Positions 26,601 to 35,341 of a stretch of 40,547 nt of DNA are shown piece after piece. This DNA comes from a virus (Duplodnaviria; Caudoviricetes). Position 1 is the stretch's first letter. Every line of letters begins with the position of its first letter. A program made the translations under genes and the position numbers. The stretch covers positions 1-40,547 of the IMG/VR virus record IMGVR_UViG_3300004369_000042; one strand, given 5' to 3'. The notes under the pieces were generated by a model. The model was given only the letters and a program-made list of their open reading frames with translations. It made no database searches and was not told the origin of the DNA.

Positions 26601-27115
26601 CTAAAGCCCTTGACTGATTCCCAACCATACGCTTTATCTAAATTAAATTGAAACTTGATCTCTTCTTTTTTACGTGTATTTAAAATATAAGCTTCAAGAG
26701 AAGATACAGGTTCAGACCACGATAAAGCTCCATCAAGGCCATAACGTTCATTTGCTTCTTCTGGCTCAAGTATCCTGAGTTCATCATCAAACTCAGGATA
26801 TTTCTTTTTAAATTCGTCTGTTGTATAGGGTATGTTTGGAAGGTTATACCTTCCTCTGCCATGCCTGTTAATTCTACGTATGCCTATGGAACGAACACCT
26901 TCATCATAAAGATCTCGTTCAGCCTGTGTTGATGAGCCATAATTTCTTGCACTATTAATTTCAGTCATTCTCGAAAGAGAATTAGTAGCGCCAAATTTCC
27001 AACCACTATCAATTGCAGCATCAGTTACAGCAGAATCATAGGAAGGAATAAGATCCTGGCCTGCTACCTGGAAAAAGCTACTTTGATATGATTTCTTTTT
27101 AGACTTTATATACAT
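23621..27115 (-). CDS. internal virion protein carrying HipA/PI-kinase-like and ADP-ribosyltransferase domains
   Basis: Kinase motifs GTQKGG, YYVK, KNE, GNWDVVG..N, RIDPGG; ART motifs YT..GYSWLNRALR, VWRG, FTST, ETEIILP. Confidence 0.85.
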   Translation of the reverse strand: MYIKSKKKSYQSSFFQVAGQDLIPSYDSAVTDAAIDSGWKFGATNSLSRMTEINSARNYGSSTQAERDLYDEGVRSIGIRRINRHGRGRYNLPNIPYTTDEFKKKYPEFDDELRILEPEEANERYGLDGALSWSEPVSSLEAYILNTRKKEEIKFQFNLDKAYGWESVKGFSLEMGMALVDPVTLPLMFIPPVGAAKLAGQFGWAATKTGSRFVRGGLGGLYASAIVEVPIYAAAQQEQADYGLLQSFMNVTFGTFAGGGLHVGGGAVIDAVKHIRAKRHAKALDTATNQLTNGQSVEVTPITNMSDEVPYEVPTNSGDSAEFGPVSRSSDELEIADTNKPVKSSETLEYKPHTNASESLALVDKGEKASKLSGVKVKTAFTSDEFQEAVAEAAAQKIQNKIAFRIKTTDGQYVLVKNKDGTLRLFGDDQVATNFGDPVSIGEKAHMAMLMHGVDMAQADVKYSASIKLEEGSIHHVIDVTNAEFNPKMNQNDVVLANPGDALKLFQGDPHITAFADNIKAGKQAVIDEYAQFDEGTLLGDGKKIAFDEQLLDENLQQTGDQMGTQKGGTYTDAATGKKYYVKYPKDPNIAKNEFLAATLYKMFGVAFPETRLVTNSNGDIVGVASQIVDGAKMITPDEFAKLPKEVRQAFADDFLVDMYLGNWDVVGNAPNFNLMLAPDGTVFRIDPGGALLYRAQGDLKPDDWLKGVDIPELQTLKDPKKNPTAAKIYEAMELTEDEFRAKTLETSKRIFQTDQKEINEIIQIVGLPKKEADALRSFLVNRRQALQEVGDFGRVAQQVSTKKGTIVANSQHSAKKAVANLNKAQNAGFDEAEAAFIKSYTGSGYSWLNRALRNIDGVVTNPSYKMSEADIISRAKSVSQYLDGKPIVKNYEDAVGVIRAYGNKLQELILKKGSLDQQVQVWRGGTPFTAFNGVKNINLSNTTDIATAKAMRGGAVKLAGFTSTGVSRSSASGFMNSDSIMLKINLPKGMKGLASGEGKAWTFKTGETEIILPHDTTFVIREVVQISKGGKMVMELDALRPGEAVPKMMDKQQALKIGQKYHKQVSNAVSDINDTDPDLAVDPNQRQETLKFNKSQELKEQENTIQELNEMIKAELANVEPKYVAALTKELEAIEADGKADIELANDLYEAAKAAAVCVRGAG

Positions 27116-27143
27116 TATGGACTCACATATTCACTCATTGAAC

Positions 27144-29768
27144 CTACCTTTGTGCTTGAAGCCAGTCTTCATTAAAAAATGCTGTTACTTTGTTCATTTG
27201 TGAAAACTTAATTTCAAGCGGCTCAGGTGTCATTTCAATTCCGTCTTCGTTGTAGCGTTGTATCATAATAGGAATACGTACGCCTGTTCCTTGTCTAGCT
27301 AATAGTTCAGATCCAGCGTTTACAGGAAGAGTGAGCATGATACCGTCACCATCGTCACTCATAACCCAAGTACCGTGCTCTTGAAGCACCTCATAAAACC
27401 GTTGGGTTTTGTATAGCCGATCTGCACTAATAACTGAATTTAGAGAATCAGGGATTAAAACTTTAGTTTGATTCACTGCTGTATCTGCCCAATTGTCACC
27501 ACCATACTTTGCAGCATACTGATAAAATCCCATACCTTTAAACCTAGTACCATCTGGATCTGCCCTCACTACTGCGTCATAATCTAGACCGGAAAATCTG
27601 TCTATTTTTCCAACGGTTGAAGCTACATTAATAGAACCCTCGTGTTGAGGTAAAACGTACCAGTTATGATTGTTGTTATTAGCGTGTGGAGATGCTAGCT
27701 GCAGACCACCATGCGTAAACATGCCAAGAACATTTGATGCTGCTTGATCTGCACTTTTGTTATTATCAATCATTTCACGCATAACCATTTTTTCCAGTAT
27801 ATGCGTCATGGTCTGACGTAAATCATCTCGGTTTGGCATATTACCAGTTAGAGATGTAATAATTGGTTCTAACTGAACATACACTTTGTCTTGTACATCT
27901 GCATACTGTCTGCCTGAGGGGCGGCCAGAAAGAGCATTTTTAAGGTCTGAATGATTGGATGAAATAGCAGATCCAATGGATAATGCTGCTGGAGTTTTAT
28001 AGTAAGCACCCAACACCATCCAGTCATTAGATAGTCCATTTTCCATAGTGGTAAGTTGGGACCAAACTTGCTCAAAATGAGGACCATATTTTTCTTCTTG
28101 CTGCTTAATCCAAGCGGATGCCATTTCAGGTTGCTGCAATACTCTTGATGCTTCTTGTACTACGGTCTGCGCTTCATTATTTGTTAATAGGTGAACTGTG
28201 TTTGTACTCATATTAAGCTTAGCAGCATCACCTCTTATCTGTTCTGCTCTTTGAGAAAAAGTCATATCTCCGGTTGCACTACCATATCGTAGTACATACT
28301 CGGCAAAATCTGTATCGCGCATAGTAAGAATCTGCGAAATCCGACCTTGTGCTAATTCAATAGCAGCAGCCATTTCATAATTAGTCATGCCGTTCAAGAT
28401 ACTAATATCTGCTTTACCTACATAACCGTCATAGCCAAATGCTTCTGATAAGTCTTTTACACTAATATCAGTAATCCCCCGGTTTGTAAGTCCGTCTAGC
28501 ATCCTTACAAACTCAGGAATTTTATCTCTATTAACAAACGTCGCATCTTGAACCATAAAGCCAGCAAGGGTAGCAACTTTAAGTTCAGACTCCAGCTGTT
28601 TGATTTTTGCATTTACTTCTATTTTTAGCTCAGGAAACAAGAGCATCTTGGCGTTATAATTATCGCCAAAATACATTGAATAAACCAAATGGTGAAGTTT
28701 AGTAAAACGACCGTCGGCTAGACCAGCATATCGACCTGCAGGTGCATCGCCTAAAAGGGTAAAGGGAGCTTGATTATCAAAATTTGGATTACCGGGAAGA
28801 CCTTGTTGTAGAGCAAAAGTGTGCTGCCTCCAGTCTTCACCAAACTGTGTAGTATCAGCGTAGTGTTCTGATTTAGCAGCAGCTTCTGCTTGATTTTTTA
28901 AAACTGCTTGATCAGCAGCATCCATAAATTGATTAACGGCAGAGGCTATATTAGGATCACCTATGTTAACTTTTTCATGCTGGCCACTAAGAATAGCATA
29001 TGCTGCCAAAGGATTTTCTTCAATATACCCTTTGACTGCATTAATAGTAAGACTCTGGGCTAGCTCTTTATGTAAGCCAAACATCTGCTCAGGTCTAATA
29101 AGACCTGAATAACCTTCTACTACGTCAGAGGTAGACGGGTCATCTTGACCTTCAATTAGAAGATTAACTCGGTTTAGATTATCAACAAGTGTGGTAGGAT
29201 CTTTAAAGACTTGATTTTTCATATCGTCGACTGTATTAGTCAACTGTTCAAGCCTAGCTGTTGATCTTAGGCCTGCTTCATACCTAATAGCATTAACTTC
29301 ATAGGACGATTGCAAGCGCATTTTACGCTCGTCCCAAAGCTTTTGAGCATATTCATTTGGCGCTTTATATCGCTCGTTACCCTTTGCATCTTTGCTGGCA
29401 ACAGTAGCATCAAATAAACCCTTAACCCTATTTGTATAAGTATCAGGGTTTGTACCATTTGTAAAGCTTTCATCTCGGATATAGTCATCAGGTGTCTGAC
29501 CCACCTTAAGGTCTTCCACACCTCGAGCCATTTCTTTTTCAAGATCGGTTTCGGCACTAATAACCCACAAGCGGGCTTCTTGCTCAGCTTCTTTTTTATT
29601 CTTTTGAAATAGCATCTGACCGCCAGCAAATATTTGCTGACCGGCTCTAGCTAAATTTCTGCCAGAATCACCAAAAGAATAAATCTGACCTTGGCTCATT
29701 GGGGTAAGCCTACGTGTTGGTAGAGCTAGTTCCCCACCTTGATCTGAATATTTAGGTACAATAGGCAT
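27144..29768 (-). CDS. internal virion protein
   Basis: MPIVPKY start, helical composition, position after the gp14-like gene. Confidence 0.7.
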   Translation of the reverse strand: MPIVPKYSDQGGELALPTRRLTPMSQGQIYSFGDSGRNLARAGQQIFAGGQMLFQKNKKEAEQEARLWVISAETDLEKEMARGVEDLKVGQTPDDYIRDESFTNGTNPDTYTNRVKGLFDATVASKDAKGNERYKAPNEYAQKLWDERKMRLQSSYEVNAIRYEAGLRSTARLEQLTNTVDDMKNQVFKDPTTLVDNLNRVNLLIEGQDDPSTSDVVEGYSGLIRPEQMFGLHKELAQSLTINAVKGYIEENPLAAYAILSGQHEKVNIGDPNIASAVNQFMDAADQAVLKNQAEAAAKSEHYADTTQFGEDWRQHTFALQQGLPGNPNFDNQAPFTLLGDAPAGRYAGLADGRFTKLHHLVYSMYFGDNYNAKMLLFPELKIEVNAKIKQLESELKVATLAGFMVQDATFVNRDKIPEFVRMLDGLTNRGITDISVKDLSEAFGYDGYVGKADISILNGMTNYEMAAAIELAQGRISQILTMRDTDFAEYVLRYGSATGDMTFSQRAEQIRGDAAKLNMSTNTVHLLTNNEAQTVVQEASRVLQQPEMASAWIKQQEEKYGPHFEQVWSQLTTMENGLSNDWMVLGAYYKTPAALSIGSAISSNHSDLKNALSGRPSGRQYADVQDKVYVQLEPIITSLTGNMPNRDDLRQTMTHILEKMVMREMIDNNKSADQAASNVLGMFTHGGLQLASPHANNNNHNWYVLPQHEGSINVASTVGKIDRFSGLDYDAVVRADPDGTRFKGMGFYQYAAKYGGDNWADTAVNQTKVLIPDSLNSVISADRLYKTQRFYEVLQEHGTWVMSDDGDGIMLTLPVNAGSELLARQGTGVRIPIMIQRYNEDGIEMTPEPLEIKFSQMNKVTAFFNEDWLQAQR

Positions 29769-30250
29769 TATTTTATCATCCCCAAAGCTTTACCTTCTTG
29801 GTAGGAATAACCAGCTTGACCAGCTCCGCTAAGCAGAGTACCAGCTGCTCCATACATTCCAGCTTTATATGCAGCTTTACCTTGCATTCTAGATAAGGCT
29901 GCTTGTGATCTTTGATTAACTGCTTCTACGTCTCCTCCATACAGGATAGCCATACGATCCATTTCACCCTCCATCATAGTTTGTCTGAGGGTATCTAAAG
30001 CTGTACCGGTACCACCTACTACACCTGAAGCGTTATAAGCAACTCGCTGAGCAGCCAGCATTTTACGAGTCCTAGACTTTTGACGTCTAGCCTCATACTC
30101 AGCCTGCTCCTGAGCCATCTTAGCATTTTGCTCTTGGACTTGAGCATTATATTCGTATGCACGCTTTTGTGCCTTACCCGCTTGGTACTGGCCATAAGCG
30201 CTAACCGCCGTGCCGACGGCCATTGCAGCAATTGCAAGTTCAACTCCCAT
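29768..30250 (-). CDS. small internal virion protein (T7 gp14-like position)
   Basis: Ala/Gly/Gln-rich with hydrophobic N-terminus; ASGV..GT.LD motif. Confidence 0.75.
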   Translation of the reverse strand: MGVELAIAAMAVGTAVSAYGQYQAGKAQKRAYEYNAQVQEQNAKMAQEQAEYEARRQKSRTRKMLAAQRVAYNASGVVGGTGTALDTLRQTMMEGEMDRMAILYGGDVEAVNQRSQAALSRMQGKAAYKAGMYGAAGTLLSGAGQAGYSYQEGKALGMIK

Positions 30251-30660
30251 CAGTACACCTTTGCGTATCTAAAATGATCCCGTCCATCTGGACCAAAACA
30301 TTTCATAACGCCCTCATTTATATAACCCTGCCATTCTAGCCAGCGACGCCAGACGCAGTTTTCTGTTGGTACTGTGGTCTGAACCCTCCGTGGTCTGAAT
30401 GTCTTAACAAGAAAATTTTCTTGTGCCTTTATTAACTTTATACACTGCAATTTGCGGTTTTGAAACTTTTTATCTGTAAACAAGAAGGTTTCATACATTC
30501 CTTCCCAAATAGGTACCGCTCCAAAAATAGCATAATAGTGCCCATCCTCATACAAAGTAAAGGCTACTGCTTGCTTTTCCCAATCAATCCCATCTTTAAA
30601 AACAGGAAATTCTGGCTGCAAGAAATCTAAATGCCAATTTTCAAATGGTACTACAATCAT
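30250..30660 (-). CDS. GNAT-like protein (T7 gp13-like position)
   Basis: RRVQTTV...RWLEWQGYINEGVM...GPDGRD; ATGA overlap gives start 30660. Confidence 0.65.
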   Translation of the reverse strand: MIVVPFENWHLDFLQPEFPVFKDGIDWEKQAVAFTLYEDGHYYAIFGAVPIWEGMYETFLFTDKKFQNRKLQCIKLIKAQENFLVKTFRPRRVQTTVPTENCVWRRWLEWQGYINEGVMKCFGPDGRDHFRYAKVY

Positions 30661-32711
30661 CTTTCCGAAACCACCAATGCATACATAATTGCCAAAATAG
30701 TACATGGCAACGGATCGTCGTGCACAAAATACAAATCAAACTGTCTATCAGGAGTATGCTGCAACAGAAGACGTTTGTCACCTGTATATAGCTGCAATGA
30801 ACCCATAGGAATAGACGGAGTACGAAATGGTATTTCCTGCAAATTAGTTAACTCAGGACCAATCTTAAGAGTATACGTATCAACCACTCGAGCTGTAATA
30901 CGCTCAATACGCCTTGTTTTACCTTGTGATGGACCTGACTCTGTTTGTACTTCTGGATCTAGAGTGCGCATCAAAGCTCGATAGGATAGACCTACATGGA
31001 CTGTATTAGCCGATCTTTCTAGTGTAATACTTCCTTGTGCTACTACTTTATCTGGGTGGTTTGCACCATCAGCCAGCACTTTTACGGTTTCACCTTCAAG
31101 ATGAGAAAGTCCTGATATTGATGTAACTGCTACATTAGGATCGTCATAGGTTAGCCCACTATCTACAAAAAAAGCATCTTTAGGCTCATCACCTTTAGCC
31201 TGGTCAAAAGCTTTTTCTAAAAACTCGATGTATTTTTTAGTAGCGCCGTTGATAGTTCTTTCCACAACCATATATAGTTGTTCTTCTAATTCATCAGCAC
31301 TTGGTATAGCAGCAATAGATATAACTCTAGTGTCAACGCCACCAATAATGTGGCGATGCCATGCGACAACGTCCTGTGCTCTTTCATATGTTAAGCACCT
31401 TAATTGTCCGGTATCTAGTAGCGTCCATATAAGACTATCAGGAGAACGTGTATATGCTAGCTCTTTGGCATTACCAGTGGTTATATGTTCAGCAATAAGA
31501 GTAAGGTCAGGAGTACTAAAGCCGTCCACCTCGAGGTTATAAGCAAGCTCTCTGATCTTTGTTCTGGTTCTATCAATGAAAATAGTGGCCCTAGAAGCAC
31601 CAATAGGCCGCAAATTAGCAGTACCATCTGTAGTCTCACGATTAACGGTAACGTTATTAGGAGTCAACGCTAAGTTTTCAGAACCAGATGACATAATGAA
31701 TGGTCCGTCAGACGTACCGAGCTGAAGCTGCTTAGCTCCATACATCCAACGGATTGCATTCACCTGATCCGTAGCTAGTGTAAGGTCTAGCCCCGAATCA
31801 TCAAGGACTTCTGCGTCTCGGTTTGTTGGGGAGAAAGTTTCAAAATTTCCAGACTCAGAAGCCCAAACTGTATTAGGCTGGGTTTGATTATTAGCAAAGA
31901 ACAAACGCTGCTGATAAAAAGTGCAAGTTGTAGGCCAGCCAGTATTATCTGACCAGATACCAAGACGCCAGTTAGTCGTAGCCGTATTAGCAGCACCCAT
32001 TTGAAAGTCATTAAAAACTTCTATTACGACCTGAGTTGTACTATTAACAGCAGTAATCTTGCCTGCGCCCCATACACCTGACACAAGCAGACGAACAGAA
32101 CGATTAATATCACCTGAATTAAATCCGGCATTGTTGTTAATACCGGTTGTAGATGAAGCAGTTACAGTAGCTGTACCTGTTGTTTGTGCAGAACTTAAAG
32201 TAGTAGAAGTTGTATTAATGTTTCCATATGGACCATCAATATGCTCTAGTAAACTAAATGTCCAAGCATTATGGCCTGTACGACTTAGCTTACGTGTTTG
32301 ATAATCAGGGTGTGTTAAATATAAAACGTCTGCAGACTGAGTAAATTTAATACCATCTAGATCTGCCTCTGCATACGGGCTTGCTATTTCATAAGGTCCT
32401 ACAAGAGGAGAAATATTTTCTATTTGTCCTTCGTCTCTATAAAATCTAACATAGCCGTCTCCAAACTCTAGAATGTAAGCTTGGACTGTACTAAAGATAA
32501 AAGGAATAAGACGTATATTTTTACTGCTATCTTTTACTTCAGCAATAAACCGAGTACCTGACCTTTTAGTGATTCCACCGTGAGGAAAGCAAATAAAGTT
32601 TTCACACCGCTGCACAGAGCTTGTGTATTTAGTCAAGTCAACACGGCCAAGTAGACGTGGACTGATCTCACCGCCAGTAAAATTTGTTTGAATCGGCGTG
32701 ACTTTAGCCAT
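30657..32711 (-). CDS. tail tubular protein B (nozzle)
   Basis: QTNFTGGEISPRL.GR.D, FYQQRLFFA, VVAWHRH, FVDSGL. Confidence 0.9.
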   Translation of the reverse strand: MAKVTPIQTNFTGGEISPRLLGRVDLTKYTSSVQRCENFICFPHGGITKRSGTRFIAEVKDSSKNIRLIPFIFSTVQAYILEFGDGYVRFYRDEGQIENISPLVGPYEIASPYAEADLDGIKFTQSADVLYLTHPDYQTRKLSRTGHNAWTFSLLEHIDGPYGNINTTSTTLSSAQTTGTATVTASSTTGINNNAGFNSGDINRSVRLLVSGVWGAGKITAVNSTTQVVIEVFNDFQMGAANTATTNWRLGIWSDNTGWPTTCTFYQQRLFFANNQTQPNTVWASESGNFETFSPTNRDAEVLDDSGLDLTLATDQVNAIRWMYGAKQLQLGTSDGPFIMSSGSENLALTPNNVTVNRETTDGTANLRPIGASRATIFIDRTRTKIRELAYNLEVDGFSTPDLTLIAEHITTGNAKELAYTRSPDSLIWTLLDTGQLRCLTYERAQDVVAWHRHIIGGVDTRVISIAAIPSADELEEQLYMVVERTINGATKKYIEFLEKAFDQAKGDEPKDAFFVDSGLTYDDPNVAVTSISGLSHLEGETVKVLADGANHPDKVVAQGSITLERSANTVHVGLSYRALMRTLDPEVQTESGPSQGKTRRIERITARVVDTYTLKIGPELTNLQEIPFRTPSIPMGSLQLYTGDKRLLLQHTPDRQFDLYFVHDDPLPCTILAIMYALVVSER

Positions 32712-32717
32712 CTATTC

Positions 32718-33317
32718 CTACCTCGGCGGAGTGTCGATATTCGGTCGTGCGACTCCTTGACGTGATTCAAGCCAATAATCGGCATCGAGAACATCTTGTT
32801 GCTGCTCTTGTGCATCAACAAACTTAGCCTCTCTAAGCTTTAATTCATACATCTGCCACATTTGTTCCATAGCAGAAGTTGATTGTAAAAGCGGTTGCGC
32901 TAAATCTGCTGCAACGCGAGAAGCCAAAGTGTCTACTAGCAAGGTGTCATATTGAGTAACATCTGTAACAAGTGACGTATACTTAATATTCATAGTACCT
33001 TCGTCGGCTAGTATATGCCTTCGTTCTAACTGAAATACTACTTGTGTAGGGTTTTCTACCTCTAGTAGCCGTAAAAAGTCCGCAGGTAAAACAAACCTGT
33101 TACTATAACCATAAACAGGAGCTGTCACGTCCTTCGGCAAAGAAGCACGTTTTGTAAGACAATTCCATGGATGAGATCTAAATACAGCAGCACGCGTGTC
33201 ATTAAATAACACACGGGCAATAGAAGCTTGCTTGCTGTTATCAGATAACGAAGTGATCGATTCGATACCTAGTAGAGCAAGACTTCTGTTTATGATCTCA
33301 ATATCTGATGCTGCCAT
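32718..33317 (-). CDS. tail tubular protein A (adaptor)
   Basis: IINRSLALLG, HPWN, LPADFLR. Confidence 0.85.
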   Translation of the reverse strand: MAASDIEIINRSLALLGIESITSLSDNSKQASIARVLFNDTRAAVFRSHPWNCLTKRASLPKDVTAPVYGYSNRFVLPADFLRLLEVENPTQVVFQLERRHILADEGTMNIKYTSLVTDVTQYDTLLVDTLASRVAADLAQPLLQSTSAMEQMWQMYELKLREAKFVDAQEQQQDVLDADYWLESRQGVARPNIDTPPR

Positions 33318-33326
33318 TAGCGGTTA

Positions 33327-33348
33327 GGGGGGAACCGAAGCTCCCCCC
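33327..33348 (-). promoter_or_regulatory. GC-rich C(UUCG)G hairpin between SD-like sequence and tail tube A start
   Basis: Minus strand GGGGGGAGC-TTCG-GTTCCCCCC, no U tract, 9 nt before ATG 33317. Confidence 0.65.
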
Positions 33349-33354
33349 ATCTCC

Positions 33355-33807
33355 TTAGTCGATAACGTACAATACGTAACCAGACAAAGTTGCCCCATCC
33401 GGAATAGTACCATCGTTGATCTGCGCAGCAAAAACAAAACCGTCTTTGGTTGTGATCTGGCTGTTGATCTGAATGGTATTAGTACCGGCAGTAGCAACTG
33501 CGGTATCCGCGCTGAATGCATCAGGATCTGCTGCAATAGCAGTACCATTTGCATCTGCTGCACCGAGATGACCCAAGTCCATAGTACGAGCACTACCAAG
33601 AGCAGAGTTAGTCACAGTTGCAGCAAGGATGCGTATAGCACCTGCTTCAATCTGCGCTAGCAATGCTTGATCACCGGCAGTACCCGCACCTGACTGAGTG
33701 AAGTCAAATGCTTTGACACGAACCCTACCACGATCTTCGTGAGTAGCATTCATGACGCGCGGAGTAGCCTGAGTATTAGCATACTGAGTTGAGTTTTGTG
33801 TAGCCAT
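33355..33807 (-). CDS. putative capsid decoration/minor structural protein
   Basis: Ala/Thr/Gly-rich beta protein right after the major capsid gene; strong AGGAGG RBS. Confidence 0.7.
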   Translation of the reverse strand: MATQNSTQYANTQATPRVMNATHEDRGRVRVKAFDFTQSGAGTAGDQALLAQIEAGAIRILAATVTNSALGSARTMDLGHLGAADANGTAIAADPDAFSADTAVATAGTNTIQINSQITTKDGFVFAAQINDGTIPDGATLSGYVLYVID

Positions 33808-33820
33808 TATTCAGTCCTCC

Positions 33821-34708
33821 TTAGCTTTCTTCGCACTTGATTTCAAGGACCTTCTCTTCTTCCATACGGACTGCGCCGAAGGAAGCTGAGCAGTATACCT
33901 GAGTCGAGTTACGTTTATCTCTTCGAGGACCAATGTCTACATTAACATCTTGGCCAACTGCCATAAGCAGACCAGATTTACAGTAGGCAAGTACTCGACG
34001 ATATCCACTCGAATCGGCATTGACGAGCTCGGTGCGTACGAACTCAAAGCCCATGAAGGTGTTAACGTCGCCCTGAACAAGAGCTTTAACTGAGTTGAAG
34101 TCAGCACTTGTTACTTCAGTTGAACGCAAGAGATCGGTGATCTGCTTAGCTGTACAAATAATGTAACGAGGATCTGATGGATCGTTCTCAGCGGCATCCA
34201 GAGTTTCTTTAGCGGCTCGTAGTTTACCAATGGTCAAACCAGAGTTAGTAGCTGCACCACTCTCTACATAGTTAACAGCAATCTGCTGTCCTGCAGGGAA
34301 TGTTACGCTGCTGCTTCCAGTCTTACCTGTGAAAACAGTACCGAACGCTGCTTCAAGAATAATCTCGTCCATCTTACGACCCAGTGCAAAAGAAGCATTC
34401 TGAGAGTAAGGTGAAGTCGGATCAATAAGCATACGGATGCGGTCTTGACGGTCGATTAGCTCCGCCCAATCAAAGTCACGCAATGAGACTCTACGTCTGT
34501 CATGCGGTACGTTGATAAGTGGAGTGTCTTGATGTCGTCCAGTCACTTCCTGAGCAGAGGTTGCCCCAATCCGATCGTAAAAGTCGAACTCAGCGTTCTG
34601 AGTTTCAACTCGCACATACGGGCGTAGGCGCGAACCTTTCTGCTGTAGGAGGTGCTCGACGTTTGCTTTGTACTGCTGTACAAAGGCTGTCGTGATTTGA
34701 AAGCTCAT
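33821..34708 (-). CDS. major capsid protein
   Basis: ITTAFVQQY...LLQQKGSRLR, TSADFNSVKALVQG, GAVRMEEEKV; follows the scaffold region. Confidence 0.9.
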   Translation of the reverse strand: MSFQITTAFVQQYKANVEHLLQQKGSRLRPYVRVETQNAEFDFYDRIGATSAQEVTGRHQDTPLINVPHDRRRVSLRDFDWAELIDRQDRIRMLIDPTSPYSQNASFALGRKMDEIILEAAFGTVFTGKTGSSSVTFPAGQQIAVNYVESGAATNSGLTIGKLRAAKETLDAAENDPSDPRYIICTAKQITDLLRSTEVTSADFNSVKALVQGDVNTFMGFEFVRTELVNADSSGYRRVLAYCKSGLLMAVGQDVNVDIGPRRDKRNSTQVYCSASFGAVRMEEEKVLEIKCEES

Positions 34709-34828
34709 AGCTTTCCTCCTTTCAACAATTAACGTTTAACGTTTATTCGCTTTGGCTGCCCTTACGGACCTCTGCTACCCTTTATAGTCTGGGTCATGAC
34801 TCGGACGGTTTCCCGCTACCCAATCTTT

Positions 34829-34857
34829 ATTATAACGCAAAAAAGGCGTTACGTAAA
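34829..34857 (-). promoter_or_regulatory. sigma70-type promoter for the capsid operon
   Basis: Minus strand TTTACG-N17-TATAAT; overlapped by inverted repeat TAACGC...GCGTTA. Confidence 0.65.
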
Positions 34858-35205
34858 CTATCCTCCGAGCAAAGTACCCGTAGTTTTACCCGCCGCACGG
34901 CGAACAATACCCTGAGCAGTGGCACTCGAATAACCTGCAATTTCAGCATTCCTGATAGCTGCTTCTGGATCGGAATATACACCTTTACCACGGGCATTTT
35001 GCTGAATAGCAGCCATAACAGGATCTGTCTTGCCTTGCTTCTTAATAAGAGCATCGGCTGCTTTAAGATATTTAGATGGAACAGACATACGCTCAGCAAG
35101 CTGTTTCTGGTATTCCAGGTACTTATTCTGAGTCGATTTTGACCGTCCTATCTTAGTTTTTCTGAACTCTTCGTCCAGATAACCCATTTTAATTGTGCTA
35201 GCCAT
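34858..35205 (-). CDS. basic hypothetical protein
   Basis: ORF coupled to its neighbour; ends TLLGG like small virion proteins. Confidence 0.65.
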   Translation of the reverse strand: MASTIKMGYLDEEFRKTKIGRSKSTQNKYLEYQKQLAERMSVPSKYLKAADALIKKQGKTDPVMAAIQQNARGKGVYSDPEAAIRNAEIAGYSSATAQGIVRRAAGKTTGTLLGG

Positions 35206-35341
35206 TTTGTGACCTCTTCAAATCTTTTTCAGTCGGAGCACCTTTAGACCCCGGCTTCCTCATTTTTTCACCAGAACCGGCCTTGATGCGCTTACGCTTA
35301 GCATGTATGTTAGCCCATAGGCCGATTTTGGTTTTAGCCAT
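35198..35341 (-). CDS. 47-aa highly basic protein (not in ORF track)
   Basis: MAKTKIGLWANIHAKRKRIKAGSGEKMRKPGSKGAPTEKDLKRSQNG; TAATG-coupled to the scaffold stop; overlaps the next start. Confidence 0.75.
   Translation of the reverse strand: MAKTKIGLWANIHAKRKRIKAGSGEKMRKPGSKGAPTEKDLKRSQNG

Noticed and set aside
33327-33348. Classifying the post-capsid hairpin as a standard intrinsic terminator
   Set aside because: No U tract follows; treated instead as part of the recurring hairpin-RBS element.
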